Shown: piece after piece, positions 53,577 to 62,176 of the stretch
Numbering within the stretch: the stretch's first letter is position 1
How the letters are laid out: every line of letters starts with the position of its first letter
Origin: a virus
Strand: one strand, 5' to 3'
Virus record (IMG/VR): IMGVR_UViG_3300049215_000481
Location: 78,857 to 142,856 of that record
DNA length: 64,000 nt
The notes under the pieces: model-generated
Told to the model about the DNA's origin: nothing
What the model saw: only the letters and a program-made list of their open reading frames with translations
The model's database searches: none
Made by a program: the position numbers and the translations under genes

Positions 53577-54608
53577 GTGTCTCAGACCCCCACCACTCGC
53601 AAGGAAATCGCCGCGACCCTCGCCAAGGGCCTTCGCGGAGCGCTCGACAGCTACGCCGAGGACCTCCGCACTCTTCGCGCGCGCGAGCTGCAGAAGAACA
53701 TGGACGCCGGCACTGGCGGCCAGGGCGACGTCCCGCTCGCGATGAGCGAGCAGTGCATGTGCAAGGGCGATGGTGCCCACGAGACGTGCAGCGGCTGCGG
53801 CAAGTCGATCGTGTCGCTCGCGCACAACACGAGCGGCAAGTGCGGCTCGTGCAACCGCAAGCCGCCGGCCAAGACGCCGGAGCCGTACGACAAGCGCTTC
53901 GCCAAGCCCGTCAAGAAGACGGTCGAGGACCCGACGAAGCTGCTCTTCGAGACGAAGGAGCCGAAGCCGCTCCACCCCAGCGACAAGAAGCCGATCAAGA
54001 AGGACGAGAAGACCGTCGGCGAGGCGAAGACCGCGCCCGACGCGCGCCGCCCCGGCTCGAAGCTCCCCGAGGACGCGAAGCCGGCGCAGGCCGCTGACGC
54101 TCCTGGCTCGGGCGGTCTCAAGAAGACCGCGATGCCCGGCGCGAAGATCCCGAAGGTGCCGGGCACGCCCGGCAAGCAGCCGGTCGGTCAGGGCGGCGGC
54201 GACTCGCCCGGCCGGACCTCGGTCGCTCAGGCCAACGCCGAGATCGGCAAGATGAAGTCGATCGCGTCGAGCCCGACGGCGATGCCGACGGGTGCGCCGG
54301 TCGTCGGCGCACCCGCCCCGAAGCCCGCAGCTCCCGCGGCGGCAGCTCCGGCACCGGCCGGCAAGCTGCCCGGCCCGCTCCAGGGCGTCCGCGACAGCAT
54401 GAACCTCGGCCACGACATGAAGGCCGGCGGCGTGGGCTGGCTGCAGCGCCTCGTCGCGAGCCGCAAGCCGGCCGTCGCAGCGCCTCCCGCCCCGGGCGGC
54501 GGCAGCGCGTTCGGCCCCACCTCGAAGCGCGCCACGGGCATCGCCACCAGCCACGCCGCTCTCGCTCGCAGCGAGAAGACCCCTTCGAAGACGGCCGCGA
54601 AGAAGTAG
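53577..54608 (+). CDS. putative internal head protein, Pro/Lys/Ala-rich with zinc ribbon
   Basis: LAKG, LQKN, LKKT motifs; CSGC/CGSC. Confidence 0.65.
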   Translation: MSQTPTTRKEIAATLAKGLRGALDSYAEDLRTLRARELQKNMDAGTGGQGDVPLAMSEQCMCKGDGAHETCSGCGKSIVSLAHNTSGKCGSCNRKPPAKTPEPYDKRFAKPVKKTVEDPTKLLFETKEPKPLHPSDKKPIKKDEKTVGEAKTAPDARRPGSKLPEDAKPAQAADAPGSGGLKKTAMPGAKIPKVPGTPGKQPVGQGGGDSPGRTSVAQANAEIGKMKSIASSPTAMPTGAPVVGAPAPKPAAPAAAAPAPAGKLPGPLQGVRDSMNLGHDMKAGGVGWLQRLVASRKPAVAAPPAPGGGSAFGPTSKRATGIATSHAALARSEKTPSKTAAKK

Positions 54609-54655
54609 CGGCCCGCTTCACTCAACAACTTTCGATCACTCGGAGAACTTAGAAA

Positions 54656-57157
54656 ATGGCTCAGTCGTACGTTACGGACGCAGGCGCGCTCATCATCCCG
54701 AGCAGCAGCGTCACCTACTCGGTCGCTCAGTCCAACAGCGGGCTCGGCACCACGGGCGTGCTCTTCCTCGTCGGTGAGGCGGACATGGGCCCGGACTTCA
54801 CGCAGGAGTCCGACATCGGCCTCAACGCGTTCGGCCCCGACCAGATGGCGGACGTCCTCGCGAAGTACGGCAGTGGTCCGCTCGTGGACGCGTTCCGCGG
54901 CGCCAACCCGGCGGCGAACGACCCGCAGATCCTCGGCACGTTCTTCCGCGCGATCCTGGTGAAGACGAACCCCTCGGGCAAGGCCTCGGCCACGCTCGCG
55001 AAGTTCGATGCTTCGCCGTACACGACGCTGCAGGACCAGACGTTCGGCAAGCTCGGCAACCTCATCAACTACCAGGTCACGGCGAAGCAGTCCGAGACCG
55101 TGCCGACGACCGGCAAGTTCGCCTGCCTCCTCCCGATCGCCTCGACGAACGTGTCGGTGCGCGTGAACGGCGGCTCGGCGACGGCCATCACGGTCGGTGC
55201 GCTGCAGACGCCGACGGCGACCGCGGCGGCGTTCGACGCCGTGCCCGGCATCGACGTGAGCGGCGGCGCGTCCGTCGCCCTGATCGGTGGCGTCACCGGC
55301 ACGCTCGCGCTGACGGTGGTCTCGGGCAACCGCGTCCAGATCGACCGCTCGGTCGCGTTCGACGCCCTCCCCTCGATCGGCGACACGCTGTTCATCCCGG
55401 CGGCCTCGGTGCTCGCCTCGGTGCACGCGAACAACGCCGGCTCGTACGTCGTCACGGGCGTCTCGACGAGCCAGATCCTGGCGACCAAGGTGCTCGACGT
55501 GACGGGCGCGCCCAACGCGCTGACGCCTCCCACGAACCAGGCCGCCATCAACATCGCCTCGACCTCGGTCGACCTCGACGCCTACACGGCCGTCGAGATC
55601 CACGCGGTCACGTCCACGAACCCGATCGACGGCTTCGGCAAGAGCATCGAGATCGCGGAGCTGACGTCCGGGACGGGCGTGCTCACCAGCATGGTGGCCG
55701 TCCTCTCCAACGGCGTCCCCGTGACGCCGACGTGGTTCTCGAAGAACAACGCTCCCAAGCTGATCACCTCGGCGACGGAGTACATCGCGCAGCTCAACGA
55801 CGCGCGCCAGGTCGACAACATCAGCGAGAGCATCTCGGCCGGCGGCGCCATCGCGCTGCAGCTCGGCTACCTGGGCACGACGGCGCAGGCTGTGGTGACG
55901 GCCACGACCATGACCATCACGGTCACGGGCGGCACCGGCTCGTCGCCGGCAGCGATCAAGCTGGCGGACTTCCCGACGATCTCGGACCTCGCGACGTACA
56001 TCGCCAGCCTGCCGGGCTTCACGGCCTCGCCGGGCACCGCGGTCCTCGGCTCGCAGCCGTCGACCTCGCTCGACCAGGGCACGTTCAACATCTGCTCGAC
56101 GTTCGGCGGCGCTCCCGGTCGCATCAAGCAGGACGCGTACAAGTTCAACAAGGCCGTCGCCGAGAACTCGGCGCTCGTGCAGCTCAGCGCTTGTGCTCCG
56201 GCGGGCCTCCCGGCCCCGACGACCTCGATCGCGTACCTCGCGGGCGGCACGCGCGGCGCGACCACGGACGCGATCTACACGGCGGCGATGAACGCGCTGG
56301 CGCTCGCGCGCGGCAACTTCCTCGTCCCCCTGTTCTCGCGCGACGCGACGGGTGACATCGCCGACGGTCTGACCGACACGTCGTCGACATACACCATCGC
56401 GGGCATCCACTCGGCCTCGCGGGCCCACGTGCTCAAGATGTCGACGCTGAAGGCGGGCCGCAACCGCCAGGCGTTCCTGTCGATCCGCGACACGTTCGAG
56501 GTCTGCAAGGCCACCGCGGCGAACCTCGCCTCGTTCCGCTGCTCCTGCGCGTTCCAGGACGCGAAGGACCTCGGCGCGAACGGCGTGCAGCAGTTCCAGC
56601 CGTGGATGGCGGCCGTCAAGGCGGCAGGCATCCAGGCCGCGGGCTTCTACCGCCCGATGTTCCGCAAGGGCGTCGCCATCTCCGGCGTCGTGCAGGCGGC
56701 CGGCGACTTCAACGACCAGGACGACTCGCAGATGGAGGACGCGCTCCTCGCGGGTCTGCTCCCGGTCCGTCGCGACGAGACCGGCGGCTTCTACTTCGTC
56801 AGCGACCAGACGACGTACGGCAAGGACAACAACTTCGTCTACAACTCGATCCAGGCCGTCTACGTCGCCGACACGATCGCCCTCACGCTCAAGCAGCAGA
56901 TGGAGCGCGCGTTCGTCGGCCAATCGGTCGCCGACATCAGCGCTTCGCTCGCACTGAGCACGCTGGAGTCGATCATGGACGACCTCCGTCGGCTCAAGCT
57001 GATCTCTCCGTCGGACGACGCGCCCAGCGGCTTCCGCAACGCGAAGATCCAGATCAAGGGCACCGCGATGGTCGTGAGCATCGAGGTGAAGCTGGCCGGC
57101 GCGATCTACTTCGTGCCCATCTCGTTCCAGATCACGCAGGTGCAGCAGTCGGCGTAA
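54656..57157 (+). CDS. tail sheath protein
   Basis: 833 aa; GEADMGP, YGSGPL, LAGG, C-terminal DQTTY...SIQ...AIYFVPISF sheath patterns; directly before the tube gene. Confidence 0.88.
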   Translation: MAQSYVTDAGALIIPSSSVTYSVAQSNSGLGTTGVLFLVGEADMGPDFTQESDIGLNAFGPDQMADVLAKYGSGPLVDAFRGANPAANDPQILGTFFRAILVKTNPSGKASATLAKFDASPYTTLQDQTFGKLGNLINYQVTAKQSETVPTTGKFACLLPIASTNVSVRVNGGSATAITVGALQTPTATAAAFDAVPGIDVSGGASVALIGGVTGTLALTVVSGNRVQIDRSVAFDALPSIGDTLFIPAASVLASVHANNAGSYVVTGVSTSQILATKVLDVTGAPNALTPPTNQAAINIASTSVDLDAYTAVEIHAVTSTNPIDGFGKSIEIAELTSGTGVLTSMVAVLSNGVPVTPTWFSKNNAPKLITSATEYIAQLNDARQVDNISESISAGGAIALQLGYLGTTAQAVVTATTMTITVTGGTGSSPAAIKLADFPTISDLATYIASLPGFTASPGTAVLGSQPSTSLDQGTFNICSTFGGAPGRIKQDAYKFNKAVAENSALVQLSACAPAGLPAPTTSIAYLAGGTRGATTDAIYTAAMNALALARGNFLVPLFSRDATGDIADGLTDTSSTYTIAGIHSASRAHVLKMSTLKAGRNRQAFLSIRDTFEVCKATAANLASFRCSCAFQDAKDLGANGVQQFQPWMAAVKAAGIQAAGFYRPMFRKGVAISGVVQAAGDFNDQDDSQMEDALLAGLLPVRRDETGGFYFVSDQTTYGKDNNFVYNSIQAVYVADTIALTLKQQMERAFVGQSVADISASLALSTLESIMDDLRRLKLISPSDDAPSGFRNAKIQIKGTAMVVSIEVKLAGAIYFVPISFQITQVQQSA

Positions 57158-57165
57158 GTCGACAC

Positions 57166-57207
57166 GGCCGGGGCCACTCAGTGTGAGCCCCGGCCTCTTC
57201 TTTTCTT
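57166..57207 (+). terminator. intrinsic terminator-like hairpin after the sheath gene
   Basis: GGCCGGGGC/GCCCCGGCC stem followed by TCTTCTTTTCTT. Confidence 0.65.
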
Positions 57208-57231
57208 AGCGACTCAATCTTAGAGGATGAA

Positions 57232-57732
57232 ATGGCAGCTCCCCTGAATCCCCCGAAGGTGATGAGTGGTGCGCGAGCGAAGCTCGGCATCGTCGACAAG
57301 GCCACCGGCCAACCTCGCATCATCGGCCTCTTCAACTCGGTCAGCTACGGCCTGACCTACGACACGCAGCCGGCGTACATCCTCGGCCGCTTCAGCCCCG
57401 CCGAGATCGACTACACGGCGGCGAACGAGGTCAACATCCAGTGCTCGGGCTTCCGAGTCATCGGCCACGGCGCTCACCGCGAGGCGAGCGTGCCGAAGCT
57501 GCAGGACCTGCTGCTGCACGAGTACATCGAGCTGACGATCATCGACCGCCAGCGCGAGGCTCTCGGTCAGGACGCCCGCATCGCCAAGTTCCGCAACGTC
57601 CGCCCCACCGGGTACTCGACGGGCATGAACGCCCGCAACCTGTCGGAGCTGACCGTCAACTTCGTCGGCATCATGGTCGACGACGAGGACACCACCAACA
57701 CCGAGGGCCCGCTCGCGACCGCGCTTCCGTAG
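57232..57732 (+). CDS. tail tube protein
   Basis: 166 aa after the sheath; ILGRFSPAEIDY..V.IQCSGFRV. Confidence 0.8.
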   Translation: MAAPLNPPKVMSGARAKLGIVDKATGQPRIIGLFNSVSYGLTYDTQPAYILGRFSPAEIDYTAANEVNIQCSGFRVIGHGAHREASVPKLQDLLLHEYIELTIIDRQREALGQDARIAKFRNVRPTGYSTGMNARNLSELTVNFVGIMVDDEDTTNTEGPLATALP

Positions 57733-57758
57733 CGCCCATCGGTTCGCGCCCTTCCCCC

Positions 57759-57796
57759 AAGGCCCACTGGCTTCGCGCCGGTGGGCCTTTTTATTT
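57759..57796 (+). terminator. intrinsic terminator after the tail tube gene
   Basis: AAGGCCCACTGG...CCGGTGGGCCTT followed by TTTATTT. Confidence 0.85.
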
Positions 57797-57820
57797 GGCC
57801 AGATTCGCTATCAGGCCCCC

Positions 57821-58054
57821 ATGTTCACGCTCTTCGTCGTCTACGTGGTGGGCCTCCTGGTGGCTGCCTTCGCACTGGGTGTCGCGTCCGGCATCTCGCA
57901 CCAGCACGGCGGCGCCTCTCCGGAGCGACTGCTCGCGTCGTTGGGCGAAAACGCCGGCAACTCCGTCTGCTTCCTGCTCCTGTGGCCGGTAGTGGCCGTG
58001 GCGCTGCTCTCCTTCTGGATTGAGCACCTCTACGTGACGCGCAACGACACGTAG
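57821..58054 (+). CDS. small two-TM membrane protein
   Basis: two hydrophobic segments; motif A at 57803. Confidence 0.65.
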   Translation: MFTLFVVYVVGLLVAAFALGVASGISHQHGGASPERLLASLGENAGNSVCFLLLWPVVAVALLSFWIEHLYVTRNDT

Positions 58055-58088
58055 CGACATTCGCTATCCGCTCTCTGGAGGTCAGACG

Positions 58089-58529
58089 ATGTCCCAGGTC
58101 AGCGACGCCCGCGCCACGTTCATCGAGATGTTCTTGGACTCGGTGGTCTCGAAGCACCCCGAGCTGGGCGGTGACGACAAGCGCGCCGGGCTGCGCTACC
58201 TGGCCCAGACGGTTGCCGACTCAGTGCGCGCCACGGGCCGCGCGAAGACTTGCGACGAACTGGTCTCCTTCCTGACGCAGGTGCTCCAGGTGGACGCCGA
58301 CAAGGCGTCGGACGAGATCACCAAGGAGACCATCGAGAAGTTCCGCGCCGACCCACGCGTCGCGTTCCGCGTCACCCTGCTGACCGCGTACCACCAGGCC
58401 ATCGCGCAGGTCACGGAGTTCGGTCGCCGCGAGATCGTCGAGGCGCCATCGGCCGCCCCGCACGTCGTGGAGGACCAGGAAGAGGAGGCCGACCCTCCCT
58501 TCACTTCGCCGGTCGTGGGCAAGGCGTGA
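58089..58529 (+). CDS. hypothetical protein
   Basis: GGAGG SD; motif A at 58059. Confidence 0.7.
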   Translation: MSQVSDARATFIEMFLDSVVSKHPELGGDDKRAGLRYLAQTVADSVRATGRAKTCDELVSFLTQVLQVDADKASDEITKETIEKFRADPRVAFRVTLLTAYHQAIAQVTEFGRREIVEAPSAAPHVVEDQEEEADPPFTSPVVGKA

Positions 58530-58789
58530 GGGCGCTCCTCGCAGCCTTCCTGAAGTACTTCCTGGTCGCGCTGGGCGGCTGGGGCTGGGAGGGCGTCTTC
58601 GTCTGGCTGCGCTTCCAGTGGTACACGCGCGTCGCCCTGCCGTCACCCCCGACGCTCCCGCTGCGCACTGTCCACGGAGTCGTCTTCTACGACGTCGCCG
58701 ACTGGGAGCGCGACAAGAAGGCCGCGCACCCCGTTCGCTTCTTCCTGACCGTCACGCTGCCGCGCGCCCTGAGGAGGGCTGCATCATGA
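58526..58789 (+). CDS. small membrane-associated protein
   Basis: GTGA and ATGA coupling; hydrophobic N-terminus. Confidence 0.55.
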   Translation: MRALLAAFLKYFLVALGGWGWEGVFVWLRFQWYTRVALPSPPTLPLRTVHGVVFYDVADWERDKKAAHPVRFFLTVTLPRALRRAAS

Positions 58790-59226
58790 AGAACTACAAA
58801 GATTTGCCCGAGGCTCCGTACCAGCTCGTCTCGCAGGCGTCCGAGGCTGCGCTCCTTCGCTCCATCGTCGACGCCCGCCTCGTCAACCGCCACGACTTCG
58901 TCTTCGTCGTCGACACCAGCGAGGACGATCTCACGCCGGAGGACCTCGCGCAGCTCGCCGAGTGGGCAGGCACGTCTCGCGACCTGGTGTTCATCAGTGC
59001 GCTCGACGACACCTCGGTCCTCGTCGAGATCACGAACTCCCGCTTCCGTTTCGACGGTGCGTTCCCTCCGCAGGCGTCTACCGACACCGTCGTCGACGAA
59101 GTTCCGCTGGGCCCTCCGGTCGTGTGCACCCTGGACCCGCGCAACCTCCCTGGCGTGAGGGACGTGGACAGTGAGTGGGCCGTCTTCGCTGACTTCCTCC
59201 GTCACGTGCGAGTCACGGAGGAGTAG
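58786..59226 (+). CDS. hypothetical protein
   Basis: GGAGG SD; alpha/beta pattern FVFVVDTS...LVFIS. Confidence 0.6.
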   Translation: MKNYKDLPEAPYQLVSQASEAALLRSIVDARLVNRHDFVFVVDTSEDDLTPEDLAQLAEWAGTSRDLVFISALDDTSVLVEITNSRFRFDGAFPPQASTDTVVDEVPLGPPVVCTLDPRNLPGVRDVDSEWAVFADFLRHVRVTEE

Positions 59227-59229
59227 AGC

Positions 59230-59544
59230 GTGCCGAACCTCATCACGGGCGCGCCGCCCTTCTTCCAGTGCTCACGGTGCAAGGACGGGGTCGTCTCCAC
59301 TGAGTGCAGCGACGGGCGCTTCTTCGAGCACCCGGGTACGCCGGGCGTGTGGACCAACCTCCCTCCCGACCTCCCGCTCCAGCGGTGCAACGAGTGCCGC
59401 TACGTCTTCATGTCGCCCGAGAGAAGGGACGAGGTCCTCGCCCTCGTGCAGAGCATGCTCGCGGAGCACGCCACGATGATCAACCTGCTGGCTGCCAAGT
59501 ACCAGCTTGACATCGCGGAGAACAGGGAGCGCATCACCGAATGA
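59230..59544 (+). CDS. YgiT/MqsA-type zinc-finger-like protein
   Basis: CSRC...CNECRYVFMSPE pattern without an HTH. Confidence 0.5.
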   Translation: MPNLITGAPPFFQCSRCKDGVVSTECSDGRFFEHPGTPGVWTNLPPDLPLQRCNECRYVFMSPERRDEVLALVQSMLAEHATMINLLAAKYQLDIAENRERITE

Positions 59545-60155
59545 AGCGCTTGCTGCTCCTCCTCGCTCTCGTCGCCTGCAACCCCGACGTGCCGCCGTAC
59601 TACCTGCACAACTACCAGAACGAGTTCCCAGGCCAGTACCACTACGACGTGCACCCCAACGCCACGACGCCGGAAGGCATCCGCGTCGACACGTCCGGCC
59701 TGACGTTCGACCTCGCTCTCATCGACGTCCAGACGGACCAGGTGGAGCAGTGCCTCGCTCAGCAGTACGGCACGCCGCCTGTCCTGCCGCCCGATCTCAT
59801 CGCCGTATCGGACTGCGATGAGAGCACCTTCCCACTCCCGCTCCGCCGCCAGGACCTCGTTGTCAAGGTCGCCGCCGACTGGCAGCTCGACTGCGCTGGC
59901 ACCGAGCAGGTTCTGCCGGCGCCAGCGCCAGAGGCGCTCTGCGACTGGAAAGTCCAGCAGGGGCTCATCCCAGCCTGCGCGACACCGTCCGGCTGCCACT
60001 GGCGGGCCGGGATCGAGGACAACCGCTTCATCGTCGTCCCCCCGAGCGCCTACCTGTACAAGGACCCGCTCATCCGCATGAGCACCGGCTGCAACAACCC
60101 GTGGGCCGGCACCCTCTCCACCTGCGCGCACCCGACGGTGCCCCAGCTCCCATGA
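59541..60155 (+). CDS. putative lipoprotein, Cys-rich
   Basis: MKRLLLLLALVAC lipobox. Confidence 0.7.
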   Translation: MKRLLLLLALVACNPDVPPYYLHNYQNEFPGQYHYDVHPNATTPEGIRVDTSGLTFDLALIDVQTDQVEQCLAQQYGTPPVLPPDLIAVSDCDESTFPLPLRRQDLVVKVAADWQLDCAGTEQVLPAPAPEALCDWKVQQGLIPACATPSGCHWRAGIEDNRFIVVPPSAYLYKDPLIRMSTGCNNPWAGTLSTCAHPTVPQLP

Positions 60156-60565
60156 GCCTGGACATGTTCGGCGACTACATCGAGGCCCCGGTCGTGTACC
60201 CGCGCCTCGTCATCGTGACTCGCGCCAGGTACTCCTGCTACGTCTGCGCCGCTGCGTGCGACACGCGCGTGGAGGGCGCCAGGGACAACACCTACGCGTG
60301 CTGCTACCGGTGCGCCACCAAGGTCATCGACATCGACATCCCAGAGGGCGCGCTCCTGCCGACCGTGGAAGAGCCGACGCACCTGATGAAGGCCAAGCTC
60401 GACCGGTTCAAGGAGTAGTTCGCCGCGGAGATCGAGAAGCAGAACGCCGGGAGCACCGTCAGCGCCCTGGCGATCCCGAGTCTACGCGACGTTCGGACGA
60501 TCCCGCCCTTCGTCTACAAGCCCCACCTACCCATCGACAGGCGCATCTACATCGACGGCCTGTAG
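60152..60565 (+). pseudogene. Cys-rich small protein with an internal in-frame TAG at 60416-60418
   Basis: frame continues past TAG as FAAEIEKQNAG...YIDGL* with coding-like codons. Confidence 0.5.
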
Positions 60566-60684
60566 CGATATTTTGGCTCGCCGGGGGTCCCAATCTTTCC
60601 AGGGACCCGTCGGAGCTTTTGCGTGAGACTTCGGTCGGTGACGGGTCGCAATCTTCTCGGCACCTCAGGAGCACGCTCGCAATC

Positions 60685-60921
60685 ATGCCCCTCGGAATCA
60701 TCGGCAAAATCGTAGCACCCCTCGCTGTCATGACCATCGGCGGGTCTGTCACGATGGCGATCTCCCTGAACTCGCGCGTCTCTGCGCAGGAGGCGAAGCA
60801 GGTCGACCAGGCCGCGCACGTCGAGCACATCGAGAAGCGCCTGGACGCCGTCGACGACCACATGAACCAAGCCCTGCAGAGCTTGGGCCGGATCGAAGGC
60901 GAGCTGAACAGTTCGAAGTAG
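60685..60921 (+). CDS. holin/XhlA-like TM plus coiled-coil protein
   Basis: N-terminal TM then IEKRLDAVDD...LGRIEG coiled coil. Confidence 0.55.
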   Translation: MPLGIIGKIVAPLAVMTIGGSVTMAISLNSRVSAQEAKQVDQAAHVEHIEKRLDAVDDHMNQALQSLGRIEGELNSSK

Positions 60922-60924
60922 TCC

Positions 60925-61227
60925 ATGGCCCTCACTCACAACGACGGCGGCTATAAGTCCCGCAAGTGGGTGGGCCTGTGCATCTGCATCGTCACCATCT
61001 TCCTGGCCGGCAAGTTCATCGCCGCCGCCGCCCTCGCTGAGGTCGTGTTCGGCATCGTGTCGGTCTACGGCGTCTTCTGCGGCGCCAACGTCGGCCGCGA
61101 CTGGGCCGCGATGAAGAACGGCGCGACCATCGCGCCGCCGCCGACGAACATCAAGGACGTCGTGAAGGACGTCGTGAAGGCTGCCAAGGAAGCCAAGGAC
61201 CCCAAGGGGGAAGAGGAAGGTTCGTGA
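60925..61227 (+). CDS. holin-like two-TM protein
   Basis: YKSRKW followed by two TM segments and a charged C-terminus. Confidence 0.6.
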   Translation: MALTHNDGGYKSRKWVGLCICIVTIFLAGKFIAAAALAEVVFGIVSVYGVFCGANVGRDWAAMKNGATIAPPPTNIKDVVKDVVKAAKEAKDPKGEEEGS

Positions 61228-61706
61228 TGCCCCACGCTGTGATGCTCGCCCTGTTCGTCGCGTTCTGCTTCCTCGCGCTGCTGCTGATCCTCTTCTGCCT
61301 CATCACCCCGGCGGTCTACGACCACGCCAAGCCGAAGACGAAGAAGAAGGTCGTCGAGCTGACGTGCGATGGATGGCTCGCGAGGAAGATGGCCGACAAC
61401 AACTGGGCCGCATTCACTCTCCCGCTGCCGTTCGTCGTGCTGATCTTCTACTGGGTCTCCGACTCGGCATCGTCGCAGGTCGACCAGCTCGTCCGCGTCC
61501 ACGAGTTCGTGCACGTGCACCAGGACGAAGGCAACGTGTGCTTCCTGGTGAGCTGGGTGAAGTACGGGTACGAGCTGGTGCGCCAGCGGCTGCAGACGCG
61601 GTCGTGGATGCAGGCCTACGTGCACAACAGGTACGAGGCCCAGGCGTACGAAGTCGAAGATCGCGTGTGGTCCGGCGAGGACCCGCGGCCCGACTGGGCG
61701 ATGTAG
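61224..61706 (+). CDS. membrane-anchored HExxH metallopeptidase-like protein
   Basis: N-terminal TM; VRVHEFVHVHQ...Y..N.YEAQAY zincin pattern. Confidence 0.6.
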   Translation: MMPHAVMLALFVAFCFLALLLILFCLITPAVYDHAKPKTKKKVVELTCDGWLARKMADNNWAAFTLPLPFVVLIFYWVSDSASSQVDQLVRVHEFVHVHQDEGNVCFLVSWVKYGYELVRQRLQTRSWMQAYVHNRYEAQAYEVEDRVWSGEDPRPDWAM

Positions 61707-61866
61707 ATTCGCTATACGCATTCCAAAGAATTTGTCTCGGACCGAGACGTAATCTCTTCGCCGTTCCCATGAAGCGCACCGCCAACATGACCGAGTTCAA
61801 GAGCCTGGTCGGCTCCTCGGGACAGGTGCGCCCACGTCGCCCACGCTTGCATCAACGCCAGCGTCA

Positions 61867-61945
61867 GGGCTCTGTCCTGCGCCTTTACCCCTAAGGGGTA
61901 AAGAAGACGCACAGGGGCGCGCCACAGCGCCCACCGACAGAGTCC
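61867..61945 (+). ncRNA. candidate structured RNA (three-way junction) upstream of the tRNA cluster
   Basis: outer stem GGGCTCTGT/ACAGAGTCC, inner CTTTACCCC-TAA-GGGGTAAAG, CCTG.GC/GC.CAGG, GGCGC/GCGCC; strand not determined directly. Confidence 0.4.
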
Positions 61946-61967
61946 TCGTACCTAGTGGTACACGCAC

Positions 61968-62050
61968 GCGAGCGTGGCGGAATGGTAGACGCGCCGGTCT
62001 CAGAAACCGGTCCCCGGAAGGGGGTGGGAGTTCGAGTCTCCCCGCTCGTA
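61968..62050 (+). tRNA. tRNA-Leu(CAG)
   Basis: acceptor GCGAGCG/CGCTCGT, anticodon arm CCGGT-CTCAGAA-ACCGG, long variable arm, TTCGAGT T-loop; CCA not encoded. Confidence 0.9.
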
Positions 62051-62061
62051 CGAAGAACCAC

Positions 62062-62132
62062 CTGGGTGTGGGTCAAAGGCGGATCACTCGACCCGGAACC
62101 GAGCCATGCGAGTTCGACTCTCGCCACCCAGA
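62062..62132 (+). tRNA. tRNA-Pro(CGG), atypical anticodon loop
   Basis: acceptor CTGGGTG/CACCCAG with A73; loop CCCGGAA (C33, A37); T arm GCGAG-TTCGACT-CTCGC. Confidence 0.65.
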
Positions 62133-62176
62133 CTGCCGGTTCGGACTCGTGCTTGGTGAGTCCGAATCTTCTCAGC

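Noticed and set aside
18157-56923. Long antisense ORFs (e.g. 18157-20334, 21024-23105, 24740-26488, 54227-56923)
   Set aside because: Shadow ORFs expected at high GC opposite well-supported genes; repetitive R/V/L/A composition and no motifs.
60416-60418. Genome-wide TAG recoding
   Set aside because: The capsid, tube, terminase and kinase genes end at TAG at expected lengths, and no suppressor tRNA is present.
61867-61945. Hammerhead or other known ribozyme, or a tRNA
   Set aside because: No CUGANGA/GAAA core and no T-loop or anticodon arm; kept only as an unclassified structured RNA.
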